Positions 56,356-64,000 of a stretch of DNA of 64,000 nt are shown piece after piece. The notes below the pieces were generated by a model, which was not told where the DNA came from, did not search any database, and saw only the letters and a list, made by a program, of their open reading frames with translations. The DNA is from Lautropia sp. GTDB taxonomy: Bacteria > Pseudomonadota > Gammaproteobacteria > Burkholderiales > Burkholderiaceae_E. The position numbers and the translations under genes are program-made. Position 1 is the stretch's first letter. Each line of letters starts with the position of its first letter. The DNA lies in assembly GCA_030532895.1 (NCBI GenBank), contig JAUNKF010000005.1:24780-88779 (forward strand), in the 5' to 3' direction.

Positions 56356-56865
56356 GAGAGCTGAACACGGCGCCAGGCATCAGAGGGCGGGCATGGCAAT
56401 ACCTGCGCTGAGCCTGCCTGGCGGTCTGGATGCCCCGCCCTTGTGGCGGTGCACGGCATGATGGCGCGCTGATATGTGCCGGGCCGAAGACCGGTCACAT
56501 GGCTGCTGCATGCATGCAGGATGGGCATGGGGCCAGTACGCTACTAGGATGCGTCGCACGCCGGGGGGAGGCGAGCCGTGTCAGGTGGCTGGATGATGGC
56601 AGGGGACGGCTGGTCGATGCTGCAGCCTGTGATGAACGTCTTCATGGCGGCAAATGCGCGCTGCCACCGTGCTTGTCGGTGTGGTGTCCTGCCTTGACGG
56701 AACCGCCGAGGGGTGAACGGCATGCCCTGAGTGTCTGTTTTATGCGTCGTTTGGCCGTGGCACGGTGCATGAAAATGCGGCACTTCGGCGGTGGGGCGGT
56801 TAGTATCCGGCACGTTAGCCGTGTTTTGTGTTCAACCAGTGTTCACCGAGGGGGAGGGGTTAACC

Positions 56866-57297
56866 ATGGCCCAGACTGATGAAGCCGCCATCGTTGCGAA
56901 ACCGTTGATCCTGCGGGATGACAGCCGTGCCGAATCCGGTATCGAGCCGGGCTGTTTCATCACGGACTGGTTGAACGATCCGGCTGACCCGGATCTGTCG
57001 ATTGCCTGCATCCGTGTCGAAGTGGGAGCTGAAACCCGCCTGCGGCGCTTTCAGAACATCTGGGAGCGCTATGTGGTGCTCGAAGGTCAGGGACGGATCG
57101 AGCTGGTCGGCCCCAACCGCTCCTTCACCGAGGGCGATCACACCATCTCGGCGCTGGAGCCGGGGGATGTCGTGATGATCCCGGCCGGTTATTCTCGCCG
57201 TATTGCCAATATCGGAGAGGGGGATCTGGTCTTTCTGGCCATCTGTACGCCCCGCTTCCGGCCGGCCGCCCAGCCGGATGATGCGCTGGTGAGCTAG
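56866..57297 (+). CDS. Cupin domain-containing protein
   Basis: The conserved cupin beta-barrel is GDVVMIPAGYSRRIANIGEGDLVFLAI. There is a strong RBS GAGGGGGAGGGG upstream of the ATG at 56866. The track ORF starts 75 nt upstream. Confidence 0.7.
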   Translation: MAQTDEAAIVAKPLILRDDSRAESGIEPGCFITDWLNDPADPDLSIACIRVEVGAETRLRRFQNIWERYVVLEGQGRIELVGPNRSFTEGDHTISALEPGDVVMIPAGYSRRIANIGEGDLVFLAICTPRFRPAAQPDDALVS

Positions 57298-57346
57298 AGC
57301 GTGTCATCTGATCGCACTTGAACCTGTCTTGCACGCGTTCACCCTC
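57295..57346. repeat. Dispersed intergenic repeat, copy E (5' module TAGAGCGTGTCATC + CACTTGAACCTGTC..., 3' core diverged)
   Basis: TAGAGCGTGTCATC is identical to copy C, and the TAG is the cupin gene stop codon. It lies between the cupin gene and psd. Confidence 0.45.
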
Positions 57347-57427
57347 GTCAATCTGGCGCTTTGGCGCCATGGCACATGCCGGGCCACTATCGACGGGATC
57401 AACGGCAGCTCTTACACTATCGCCCCT

Positions 57428-58273
57428 ATGCCTTCCCCCACGGTCATCGCTCAATATCTGCTGCCCAAACAAGGGCTGACCCGCCTTTGTGGCGCCCTGG
57501 CCTGCCGTCAGGGTGGTGGCGCCACCCAGGCAGTCATCCGCCGCTTCATCCGCCAGTATCGGGTGGACATGAGCGAGGCCGCAGAACCGGATCCGGCCGC
57601 CTACGCCAGTTTCAATGATTTTTTCACACGCGCGCTGCGCCCCGGCGTTCGGCCATTGGCCGATACCCCGCTGGTGTGCCCGGTGGATGGTGCCGTCAGC
57701 CAGCTGGGGGCCATTCGCGATGGCCGCATCTTTCAGGCCAAAGGCCATGACTACACCTGCACCGCACTGTTGGGCGGTGACGAGGGGCTGGCCGCCCGCT
57801 TCAAGGATGGCCAGTTTGCCACCATCTATCTCAGCCCGCGTGACTACCACCGCATCCACATGCCCTGCACGGGTACCTTGCGGCAGATGATCCATGTACC
57901 GGGCGAGCTGTTTTCCGTCAGCCCCGCCACCGCCGCCGCCGTGCCCGGCCTCTTTGCCCGCAACGAGCGGGTCGTCTGCGTCTTCGATGCCTCCTGGGGG
58001 CCGTGGGTGCTGGTACTGGTGGGTGCCACCATCGTGGGCAGCATGGCCACCGTGTGGCATGGCGTGGTCAACACCGAACGCCCCGGCCATATTCGTCGCT
58101 GGCAATACCCCGGCGATGGCGAGGCGATCACGCTGCAAAAAGGCGAGGAGATGGGCCGCTTCCTGCTCGGCTCCACCGTGGTGATGTTGCTGCCACCCGG
58201 TGCCCCGCACCTGCCGGCCGACTGGAAGCCGGGGCAGGGGGTTCGGCTGGGGCAGGCGATGGTGGGGGTGTAG
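57428..58273 (+). CDS. psd: Phosphatidylserine decarboxylase proenzyme
   Basis: Collinear with E. coli Psd: YLLPKQGLTRL, FNDFFTRALRPGVRP, YLSPRDYHRIHMPC, FARNERVVCVFD and the LGST autocleavage site (GRFLLGSTVVML). Confidence 0.9.
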   Translation: MPSPTVIAQYLLPKQGLTRLCGALACRQGGGATQAVIRRFIRQYRVDMSEAAEPDPAAYASFNDFFTRALRPGVRPLADTPLVCPVDGAVSQLGAIRDGRIFQAKGHDYTCTALLGGDEGLAARFKDGQFATIYLSPRDYHRIHMPCTGTLRQMIHVPGELFSVSPATAAAVPGLFARNERVVCVFDASWGPWVLVLVGATIVGSMATVWHGVVNTERPGHIRRWQYPGDGEAITLQKGEEMGRFLLGSTVVMLLPPGAPHLPADWKPGQGVRLGQAMVGV

Positions 58274-58469
58274 GCCAAGTTTGTAGGCCGGGTTGACGCT
58301 GGTCGTGTGGGCTGGCGTGATACAGGCTGGACTTGCGTTTCAGTGACACGGCGCGTGGACGAACCCGGAACGTGTCCGTGCTGGAGCCGTGTGGTTTGCC
58401 CTGCGGTAAGCAAGCGGGCATGCAGGCTGAATGTCGGGTGGCGTTCGCGATCGTTGCGTGCTGATATTG

Positions 58470-59384
58470 CTATCGTGATTGAGTGCTTCCGAAGAGTCGG
58501 CACTCCGCAGACAGGGCGAGCAGATTGGGATCTCGTTCTCGGCTTCGCGGCAGGATTAAGGAGATGCGCTGATTGATCCGGTATCGTGAGGCAAGGGGAA
58601 TCAACTGAACCTTGGGGCTGAAGTCGGCAACTCGTCCAGGGAGTAGTGCGCAACCCATGCCGCCACTGATCAGGTTGATCAGGGAAAAGATGTCGCCAAC
58701 CTTCATGATGATCCGGGGCTGGAAGCCTGCCAATTCGCAGGCGTGACGGAAGTCCCTGTGCGTGGCGAAGTCATCGTTCAAGCAGACGAAACTCTCCTGA
58801 CTGACACGTTTCAGGTCGATGGATCGACAGCCGGCATAACGTGAATCTTTGGGGGCTGCAAAAAATATTTCATCCGTGAACATCGGTACGACGAGCAGGT
58901 CGGTGTTGATGGCGCTGTCGTCCGTGGCAATGACGATGGCATCAAGTCCCCCTTCGTTGAGCTGATGAAGTAGCTCCTTGTTCGAGCTTAAGGTGAGTTC
59001 GACATCGAGATCGGGGCGTCGGGTTTTCAGCCCGATCAGTAACTGGGGCAACGTGCGCACGGTTAACGAATAGAGGCTTCCCACTCGGAGGCGAGAGCTT
59101 CCGAAGCCAGTGACTTCCCGTGCTTTTCGTATGCCTGCCATGCATTCTTCAACGGCCCGTTCGGCGTGTTCGGCAAGCGCATGAGCGGCTGCCAAAGGCA
59201 CGAGCCTTCGCCCTTCACGCCGAAACAATGGGCAGCGAAGCCCTTCTTCAAGGGAATGAAGTGCGCGATGCACGCTGACCGTGCTCTGTCCCAGCGCTTC
59301 AGCTACGCGCACCATATGACCATGCTTCATGAAGCACAGAAAAACCTCCAGTTTCCGAAGCGTGACTTCTTCTTCTATCAGCAT
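58470..59384 (-). CDS. LysR family transcriptional regulator, divergent from the mdc operon (MdcR-like)
   Basis: N-terminal HTH is LRKLEVFLCFMKHGHMVRVAEALGQSTVSVHRALHSLEEGL, with a LysR substrate-binding domain. Start at MLIEEEV (internal to the track ORF). Confidence 0.85.
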   Translation of the reverse strand: MLIEEEVTLRKLEVFLCFMKHGHMVRVAEALGQSTVSVHRALHSLEEGLRCPLFRREGRRLVPLAAAHALAEHAERAVEECMAGIRKAREVTGFGSSRLRVGSLYSLTVRTLPQLLIGLKTRRPDLDVELTLSSNKELLHQLNEGGLDAIVIATDDSAINTDLLVVPMFTDEIFFAAPKDSRYAGCRSIDLKRVSQESFVCLNDDFATHRDFRHACELAGFQPRIIMKVGDIFSLINLISGGMGCALLPGRVADFSPKVQLIPLASRYRINQRISLILPRSRERDPNLLALSAECRLFGSTQSR

Positions 59385-59436
59385 GATGGATCGTCTCCGT
59401 CCGGGGTAAGGAAAATCCAAGGGTTTTCCTGATCTT

Positions 59437-59455
59437 TCAGTGGGAGTGCTGCTGA
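59437..59455. promoter_or_regulatory. Putative LysR-type T-N11-A box in the mdcR/mdcA intergenic region
   Basis: TCAGTGGGAGTGCTGCTGA carries TCAG and CTGA inverted ends with an 11-nt spacer. It is 145 nt upstream of mdcA. Confidence 0.3.
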
Positions 59456-59598
59456 GGAAAGTATGCCTGCTCTGCCCGCATTGGGCGATGAGGGAGATCA
59501 TTAGCCTGACCGTAACGGAACGTCAGTCAAGTTGATTGAAGTGGTGTTTGCCGTGTTTTAAGGTTCAGGCATCAGCACGACGAACGGAGTAAAAGCAA

Positions 59599-61257
59599 AT
59601 GAATGCTCAGGCGGACATGAGTTGGTCACGACGTCGATCAGAAAAGCAGCGAAGGATTGCTGTGGTGCAAGATCTGGTGATGGGCTCTGTCATTCCGTCG
59701 GACAGACTCGTGTCGGTGTTGGAGCAGCTGGTTGCGCCAGGGGACAGGGTCGTGTTGGAAGGTAACAACCAGAAGCAGGCAGATTTTCTTGCGCGAGCAT
59801 TGGTGCAGGTGAATCCGGCTCGTGTCAATGGGCTGCACATGATCATGCCGGCGGTGAGCAGGCCGGAGCACCTGGATCTGTTTGAGCAGGGTATCGCTCG
59901 GCGGCTGGATTTTGCGTATGCCGGTGCCCAGAGTTTGCGGATATCGCAGTTTTTGCAGGATGGCCTCATGGAGGTCGGTGCGATACATACCTATATCGAA
60001 CTCTACGCTCGGCTGTTTGTCGATTTGATTCCTCGGGTCGTTCTGGTGGCTGCGTATAGTGCTGATCGTCAAGGAAACTTGTACACCGGTGCGAGTACGG
60101 AAGATACACCGACGCTGGTCGAGGCCGCAGCCTTTCATGATGGCATCGTCATCGCTCAGGTAAACGAGATTGTCGAAGATGTCACGGATTTGGCCAGGGT
60201 TGACATACCGGCCTCCTGGGTCGATTTCGTGGTGCAAAGTGACAAGCCTTTTCATATTGAACCGTTATTCACTCGTGATCCGGCACTGATCACGCCGATG
60301 CAGGTACTGATGGCGATGATGGCCATTCGGGGGGTATACGAAAGGCATCAGGTTCAATCGTTGAACCACGGCATAGGCTTCAATACTGCCGCCATCGAGC
60401 TATTGTTGCCAACCTATGGTGAGCGCCTTGGGCTGAAGGGAAAGATATGCCGGCATTGGGCCTTGAACCCTCATCCTACCCTGATCCCCGCCATCGAATC
60501 GGGTTGGGTCGAAAGCGTTCACTGTTTTGGTGGTGAGCTTGGGATGGAGAATTATGTGGCAGCTCGCCCCGATATCTTTTTTACCGGGCGTGACGGTTCG
60601 ATGAGATCGAATCGCGCCTTGTGTCAGTTGGCGGGCCAGTACGCCGTGGACATGTTCATTGGCGCCACATTGCAGATGGATGGTGAGGGTAATGCCTCGA
60701 CAGTCACGCGCGGCAGATTGACCGGCTTTGGCGGTGCGCCGAACATGGGCCATGACCCTCGTGGACGCCGGCATCCAACCACGGCATGGTTAGGTTTGTT
60801 GGAAGCAGAAAACCCGTTGGCGCGCGGCAAAAAGCTCGTGGTACAGGTGGTGGAAACTTTCCTGGCCGGTGGCAAGCCTTGCATCGTCGAGTCGCTGGAT
60901 GCCGTAGCGGTGGGCAAGGCGGCTGGCATGCCGCTTGCACCGGTCATGATTTATGGCGATGACGTGACGCATGTGCTGACCGAGGAAGGCATTGCGTATC
61001 TGTACAAGGCCCGATCATTGGAAGAACGTAAACGCATGATTGCTGCGGTGGCCGGCGTGACGCCTGTAGGCATGACACATGATCCTGCTCAGACCGCGCG
61101 TTTGCGCCAAGATGGCCTCATTGCCCTGCCAGAAGACCTGGGTGTAAGCCGGCGCGAGGCCAGTCGTTCATTACTGGCAGCGAGAAACATGGCGGATCTG
61201 ATTGCATGGTCTGGCGGCTTGTATAACCCGCCAGCCAGATTTCGGAGCTGGTCATGA
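59599..61257 (+). CDS. mdcA: Malonate decarboxylase subunit alpha (acetyl-S-ACP:malonate ACP transferase)
   Basis: 552 aa with DRVVLEGNNQKQADFLARAL (compare MdcA GDRVCLEGNNQKQADFLS); CoA-transferase family fold. Confidence 0.9.
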   Translation: MNAQADMSWSRRRSEKQRRIAVVQDLVMGSVIPSDRLVSVLEQLVAPGDRVVLEGNNQKQADFLARALVQVNPARVNGLHMIMPAVSRPEHLDLFEQGIARRLDFAYAGAQSLRISQFLQDGLMEVGAIHTYIELYARLFVDLIPRVVLVAAYSADRQGNLYTGASTEDTPTLVEAAAFHDGIVIAQVNEIVEDVTDLARVDIPASWVDFVVQSDKPFHIEPLFTRDPALITPMQVLMAMMAIRGVYERHQVQSLNHGIGFNTAAIELLLPTYGERLGLKGKICRHWALNPHPTLIPAIESGWVESVHCFGGELGMENYVAARPDIFFTGRDGSMRSNRALCQLAGQYAVDMFIGATLQMDGEGNASTVTRGRLTGFGGAPNMGHDPRGRRHPTTAWLGLLEAENPLARGKKLVVQVVETFLAGGKPCIVESLDAVAVGKAAGMPLAPVMIYGDDVTHVLTEEGIAYLYKARSLEERKRMIAAVAGVTPVGMTHDPAQTARLRQDGLIALPEDLGVSRREASRSLLAARNMADLIAWSGGLYNPPARFRSWS

Positions 61258-62171
61258 ATTCGGTGCTGAAGCCAAGCAGCGCCAACCCAGGCCGGGCATT
61301 GGCATCACCTTGGGTCGAGCAACTCGCGGATCTGGCTGTCTGGGCACTGATCGAAGAGGTCATGCTTTCCCCCAAGCCGGGGTTGGTGGATGCCAGAAGT
61401 CGTGGTGCTCATCATGATCTCGACTGGATGTTGATGTGTCGCTCGGCCCATGCCTTGCGTCCCGCATTTCTGGCGATGATCTGTTGTGCCGCATGGCGGC
61501 AAGAGAGTGTGGAGCTTCGAGAGGAATTGGGCAGCATTGGCCGCTGGGCGGAAAGCTTGATGATGCAGGCTACCGGTGGCGTCAATACCCATCGCGGTGC
61601 CATCTGGGCGTTGGGGCTGTTGGTCAGTGCGGCGGCGATGTGCCCAGATCAGCTGGCGGCGCTGAAGGTGGCGGACAGGGCTGGCAGCTTGGCTCGCATT
61701 CCTGATCGTGCCGTCTTATCGGGTACGGGGAATCCTGGTGAGCGTGCATGCCGGACGCATAGGGTAGACGGTGCGCGAGGGCAAGCTCAAAGCGGTTTTC
61801 CGCATGTGACAAGGCTTGCTTTGCCTGCGCTGAAAAACTGGCGGAATCGTGGCATTGGAGAAGTGGCGACACGCTTGAATGTCTTGCTGGTTCTGATGCG
61901 GGAGCTGGACGATACCTGCCTGCTGGCAAGAGGTGGTAAGGAGGGGTTGATGCATGTTCAGGCAAAAGCGGCATCCGTTCTGGCAGCAGGTGGAGCCGGA
62001 GCACCCGAGGGATTTTTGATGTTGGAGGCTTTGGTGGACGATCTGCGGATCAGACATTTATCGCCTGGCGGTTCTGCCGATTTGTTGGCTGCCACCTTGT
62101 TTCTGGATCGTTTGGCAGCGTTCAGGTTTTCAGCGTTTGACGGAGAACAGGGATGGAGCAATGGGACATGA
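61254..62171 (+). CDS. mdcB: Triphosphoribosyl-dephospho-CoA synthase MdcB
   Basis: CitG/MdcB family (LVDARSRGAHHDLD, GGVNTHRGAIWALGLL). ATGA overlap with mdcA. Confidence 0.9.
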   Translation: MNSVLKPSSANPGRALASPWVEQLADLAVWALIEEVMLSPKPGLVDARSRGAHHDLDWMLMCRSAHALRPAFLAMICCAAWRQESVELREELGSIGRWAESLMMQATGGVNTHRGAIWALGLLVSAAAMCPDQLAALKVADRAGSLARIPDRAVLSGTGNPGERACRTHRVDGARGQAQSGFPHVTRLALPALKNWRNRGIGEVATRLNVLLVLMRELDDTCLLARGGKEGLMHVQAKAASVLAAGGAGAPEGFLMLEALVDDLRIRHLSPGGSADLLAATLFLDRLAAFRFSAFDGEQGWSNGT

Positions 62172-62467
62172 GTTTTCCTGCGATGGCGCCGGTTGCTGAT
62201 CGAGTCATCGTGGGGGTGGTCAGCTCGGGAGATCTTGAGGTGATGTTGGAGCCGCACATCGAGGGGGAAACCGTGGTGAGTATCACTTCCTCGATTGACG
62301 GAAGCGGGGGAGTCTGGGAAGCATTGTTGAGTCGGATGCTTGGCAGTGGGACTTTACCCGCCGCCAAAATTGAGATCAACGATTTTGGTGCGACGCCGGG
62401 TGTGGTTCGGCTCCGGTTGGAGCAGGCGTTTGACGAAGTGGTCCGGCAAGGAGGTCATGCAAGATGA
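62153..62467 (+). CDS. mdcC: Malonate decarboxylase acyl carrier protein (delta subunit)
   Basis: VIVGVVSSGDLEVMLEP is the MdcC signature (Ser carrying the prosthetic group in GVVGSGDLEV). About 100 aa. Confidence 0.85.
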   Translation: MEQWDMSFPAMAPVADRVIVGVVSSGDLEVMLEPHIEGETVVSITSSIDGSGGVWEALLSRMLGSGTLPAAKIEINDFGATPGVVRLRLEQAFDEVVRQGGHAR

Positions 62468-63318
62468 CATTAGCGGAAAAGCTGCTCAGACGGCAGAGCT
62501 TTATCGAGCTGAGCGCCAGGGATCGGGCCAAGGTTCTTTTGGATGAAGGATCCATGAAAGAGTTGCTTGGGCCCTTTGAGCGTTGGCATTCGCCGTGGCT
62601 GCGAGCGCAAGGCGTGGTGACACAGGCTGATGATGGTGTCGTGATAGCCAAAGGCATGTTGGGGGGGCGGCCTGCCGTTGTGTTGGTATTGGAAGGGCTT
62701 TTTCAGGGAGGGAGTCTTGGTGAAATTGGCGGTGCCAAGCTGGCTGGTGCTCTGGAGCTTGCGGCTGATGACAATCGACGAGGCGTGCCGACCAGGGCTG
62801 TCATCGTTTTTGAAACCGGTGGTGTGCGATTGCAGGAGGCCAACCTCGGTTTGGCTGCCATTGCCGAGATCCATGCTGCCATTGTCGATTTGAGACGGTA
62901 TCAGCCGGTTATCGGCATTTCTGCGGGTATGGTCGGATGCTTTGGTGGCATGTCCATTGCTGCGGGGCTTTGCAGTTATCTGATTCTGACGAAGGAGGCA
63001 AGATTGGGACTGAACGGCCCGCAGGTCATTGAGCAGGAGGCCGGCATCGATGAATATGACGCAAGTGACCGGGTTTTTGTCTGGCGAACCAGTGGCGGTG
63101 AGCAGAGAGTGGCCAGCGGTCTGGCTGACTCGTGTGTGGAGGATGATGTGGCGGCCATTCGGGCGCGTGTGCTTGCGTGTGTGGCAAAAGGCATTCCAGC
63201 GCAGCATCGTAGTGATCGTGAAGAGGCGTTTTTGGCCTGCATGGAGAAAATCGATATGTCGGCTCGTCCTTCATCACAAGATGTTCGGAGGCTATATCAG
63301 GAGGTGATGCGAGCATGA
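62464..63318 (+). CDS. mdcD: Malonate decarboxylase subunit beta (biotin-independent carboxyltransferase)
   Basis: Carboxyltransferase fold (GGSLGEIGGAKLAGALELA, GGVRLQEANLGL). 284 aa. Confidence 0.9.
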   Translation: MTLAEKLLRRQSFIELSARDRAKVLLDEGSMKELLGPFERWHSPWLRAQGVVTQADDGVVIAKGMLGGRPAVVLVLEGLFQGGSLGEIGGAKLAGALELAADDNRRGVPTRAVIVFETGGVRLQEANLGLAAIAEIHAAIVDLRRYQPVIGISAGMVGCFGGMSIAAGLCSYLILTKEARLGLNGPQVIEQEAGIDEYDASDRVFVWRTSGGEQRVASGLADSCVEDDVAAIRARVLACVAKGIPAQHRSDREEAFLACMEKIDMSARPSSQDVRRLYQEVMRA

Positions 63319-64000
63319 CAAACAAGCATCCAAAGGCGCGTGCTGCCAGCTGGCTTGAGGCGCTGGCTGATCAGCAAGGCGTGATGGCCGGATACCCGGC
63401 CTCGGTTCTAGTGGCAGACGGTTGGCTTGGTGATGAGCGGGCTCGGTATGTCGCTGTGGTGCCTGATCCTGATAGTCTGTTTCCCAGGGCCAGAAACGGG
63501 GAGGTTGGGCTAATTGAAGGGTGGGCGTTGGCCCGAGCCGTTCGTGAAGTGATTCGTCTCGATTCCTCTCAACCCAAAAAAAGGCCAATCGTTGCCATTG
63601 TCGACACGCCCAGCCAAGCTTATGGTCAGCGTGAAGAGGCTTATGGCATTCATCAGTCGCTGGCGAGTGCCGTCGCAGCTTACGCCGAGGCGCGTCTGGC
63701 AGGGCATTCAGTGATCGGGCTGATTGTTGGAAGAGCGATGTCGGGCGCTTTTCTTGCCCATGGCTACCAGGCAAATCGCCTGATCGCCCTGGATGATCCG
63801 GGGGTGATGATTCATGCCATGAGTAAGGCAGCTGCTGCTCGGGTCACGATGAGAACTGTTGAACAGCTTGATGCCTTGGCCCAACGAATCGTCCCGATGG
63901 CTTATGACATTGGCAGTTATGCGAGGCTCGGTTTGTTGTGGCGATTGGTGAAGGTGTCCAGACCGGATCAGCCTTCATCGGAGGATGTGGCGCTCATCAA
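63315..64000 (+). CDS. mdcE: Malonate decarboxylase subunit gamma, 3' end beyond window
   Basis: IVAIVDTPSQAYGQREEAYGIHQSLA is the carboxyltransferase gamma pattern. It starts at an ATG overlapping the mdcD stop and has no stop before position 64000. Confidence 0.85.
   Translation, partial: MTNKHPKARAASWLEALADQQGVMAGYPASVLVADGWLGDERARYVAVVPDPDSLFPRARNGEVGLIEGWALARAVREVIRLDSSQPKKRPIVAIVDTPSQAYGQREEAYGIHQSLASAVAAYAEARLAGHSVIGLIVGRAMSGAFLAHGYQANRLIALDDPGVMIHAMSKAAAARVTMRTVEQLDALAQRIVPMAYDIGSYARLGLLWRLVKVSRPDQPSSEDVALI

Noticed and set aside
1-64000. Search for CRISPR arrays, tRNA/rRNA genes, integrases or transposases
   Set aside because: I found no regularly spaced direct repeats with unique spacers, no tRNA-like GTTCGA(A/G)TC T-arm contexts and no recombinase motifs. 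The only tandem repeats are the 7-mer at 9003..9033 and the CAACAG x3.

Overview
This is a GC-rich (about 60-68%) chromosomal segment. Judging from the gene arrangements (gshB-EIIA-ptsH-ptsI, metX-metW, a fruBKA operon with a fused EIIA-HPr-EI, and an mdc malonate decarboxylase operon) it most likely comes from a betaproteobacterium of the Chromobacteriaceae/Neisseriales type; that assignment is an inference. The first ~10 kb looks like accessory/defense DNA: a Type I R-M module (hsdR with an overlapping hsdS that runs off the window edge), several decayed type II toxin-antitoxin remnants (a BrnA-like fragment, a VapC/PIN fragment, and a HepT toxin beside a broken MntA), an intact class II Fic protein sitting beside a truncated alcohol dehydrogenase fragment, and a seven-base tandem repeat at that junction. 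The rest is mostly housekeeping and transport: a GlpT/UhpT-family MFS antiporter, LysE, a HxlR/Zn-oxidoreductase pair, a low-GC duplicated-domain lipoprotein of unknown function, the SOS-associated peptidase YedK, two GGDEF/EAL signalling proteins, a LuxR solo, pdxH, a mannitol-dehydrogenase-family enzyme, an amino-acid ABC binding protein and permease with no ATPase, selD, a Fur-box-preceded PepSY operon, aldB, DUF302, an outer-membrane protein, fruBKA, uspA, comM, ubiK, gshB, ptsHI, metXW, recQ, psd, and a LysR regulator divergent from mdcABCDE. A dispersed ~40-55 bp GC-rich intergenic repeat family occurs at least five times, and direct copies flank selD and comM-ubiK. I found no CRISPR array, tRNA, rRNA, integrase or transposase. 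Many long ORFs in the six-frame track are antisense or out-of-frame artefacts of the high GC content and are rejected below. Coordinates that differ from the ORF track (start codons, fragments, repeats, motifs) were worked out by hand and may be off by a few bases.
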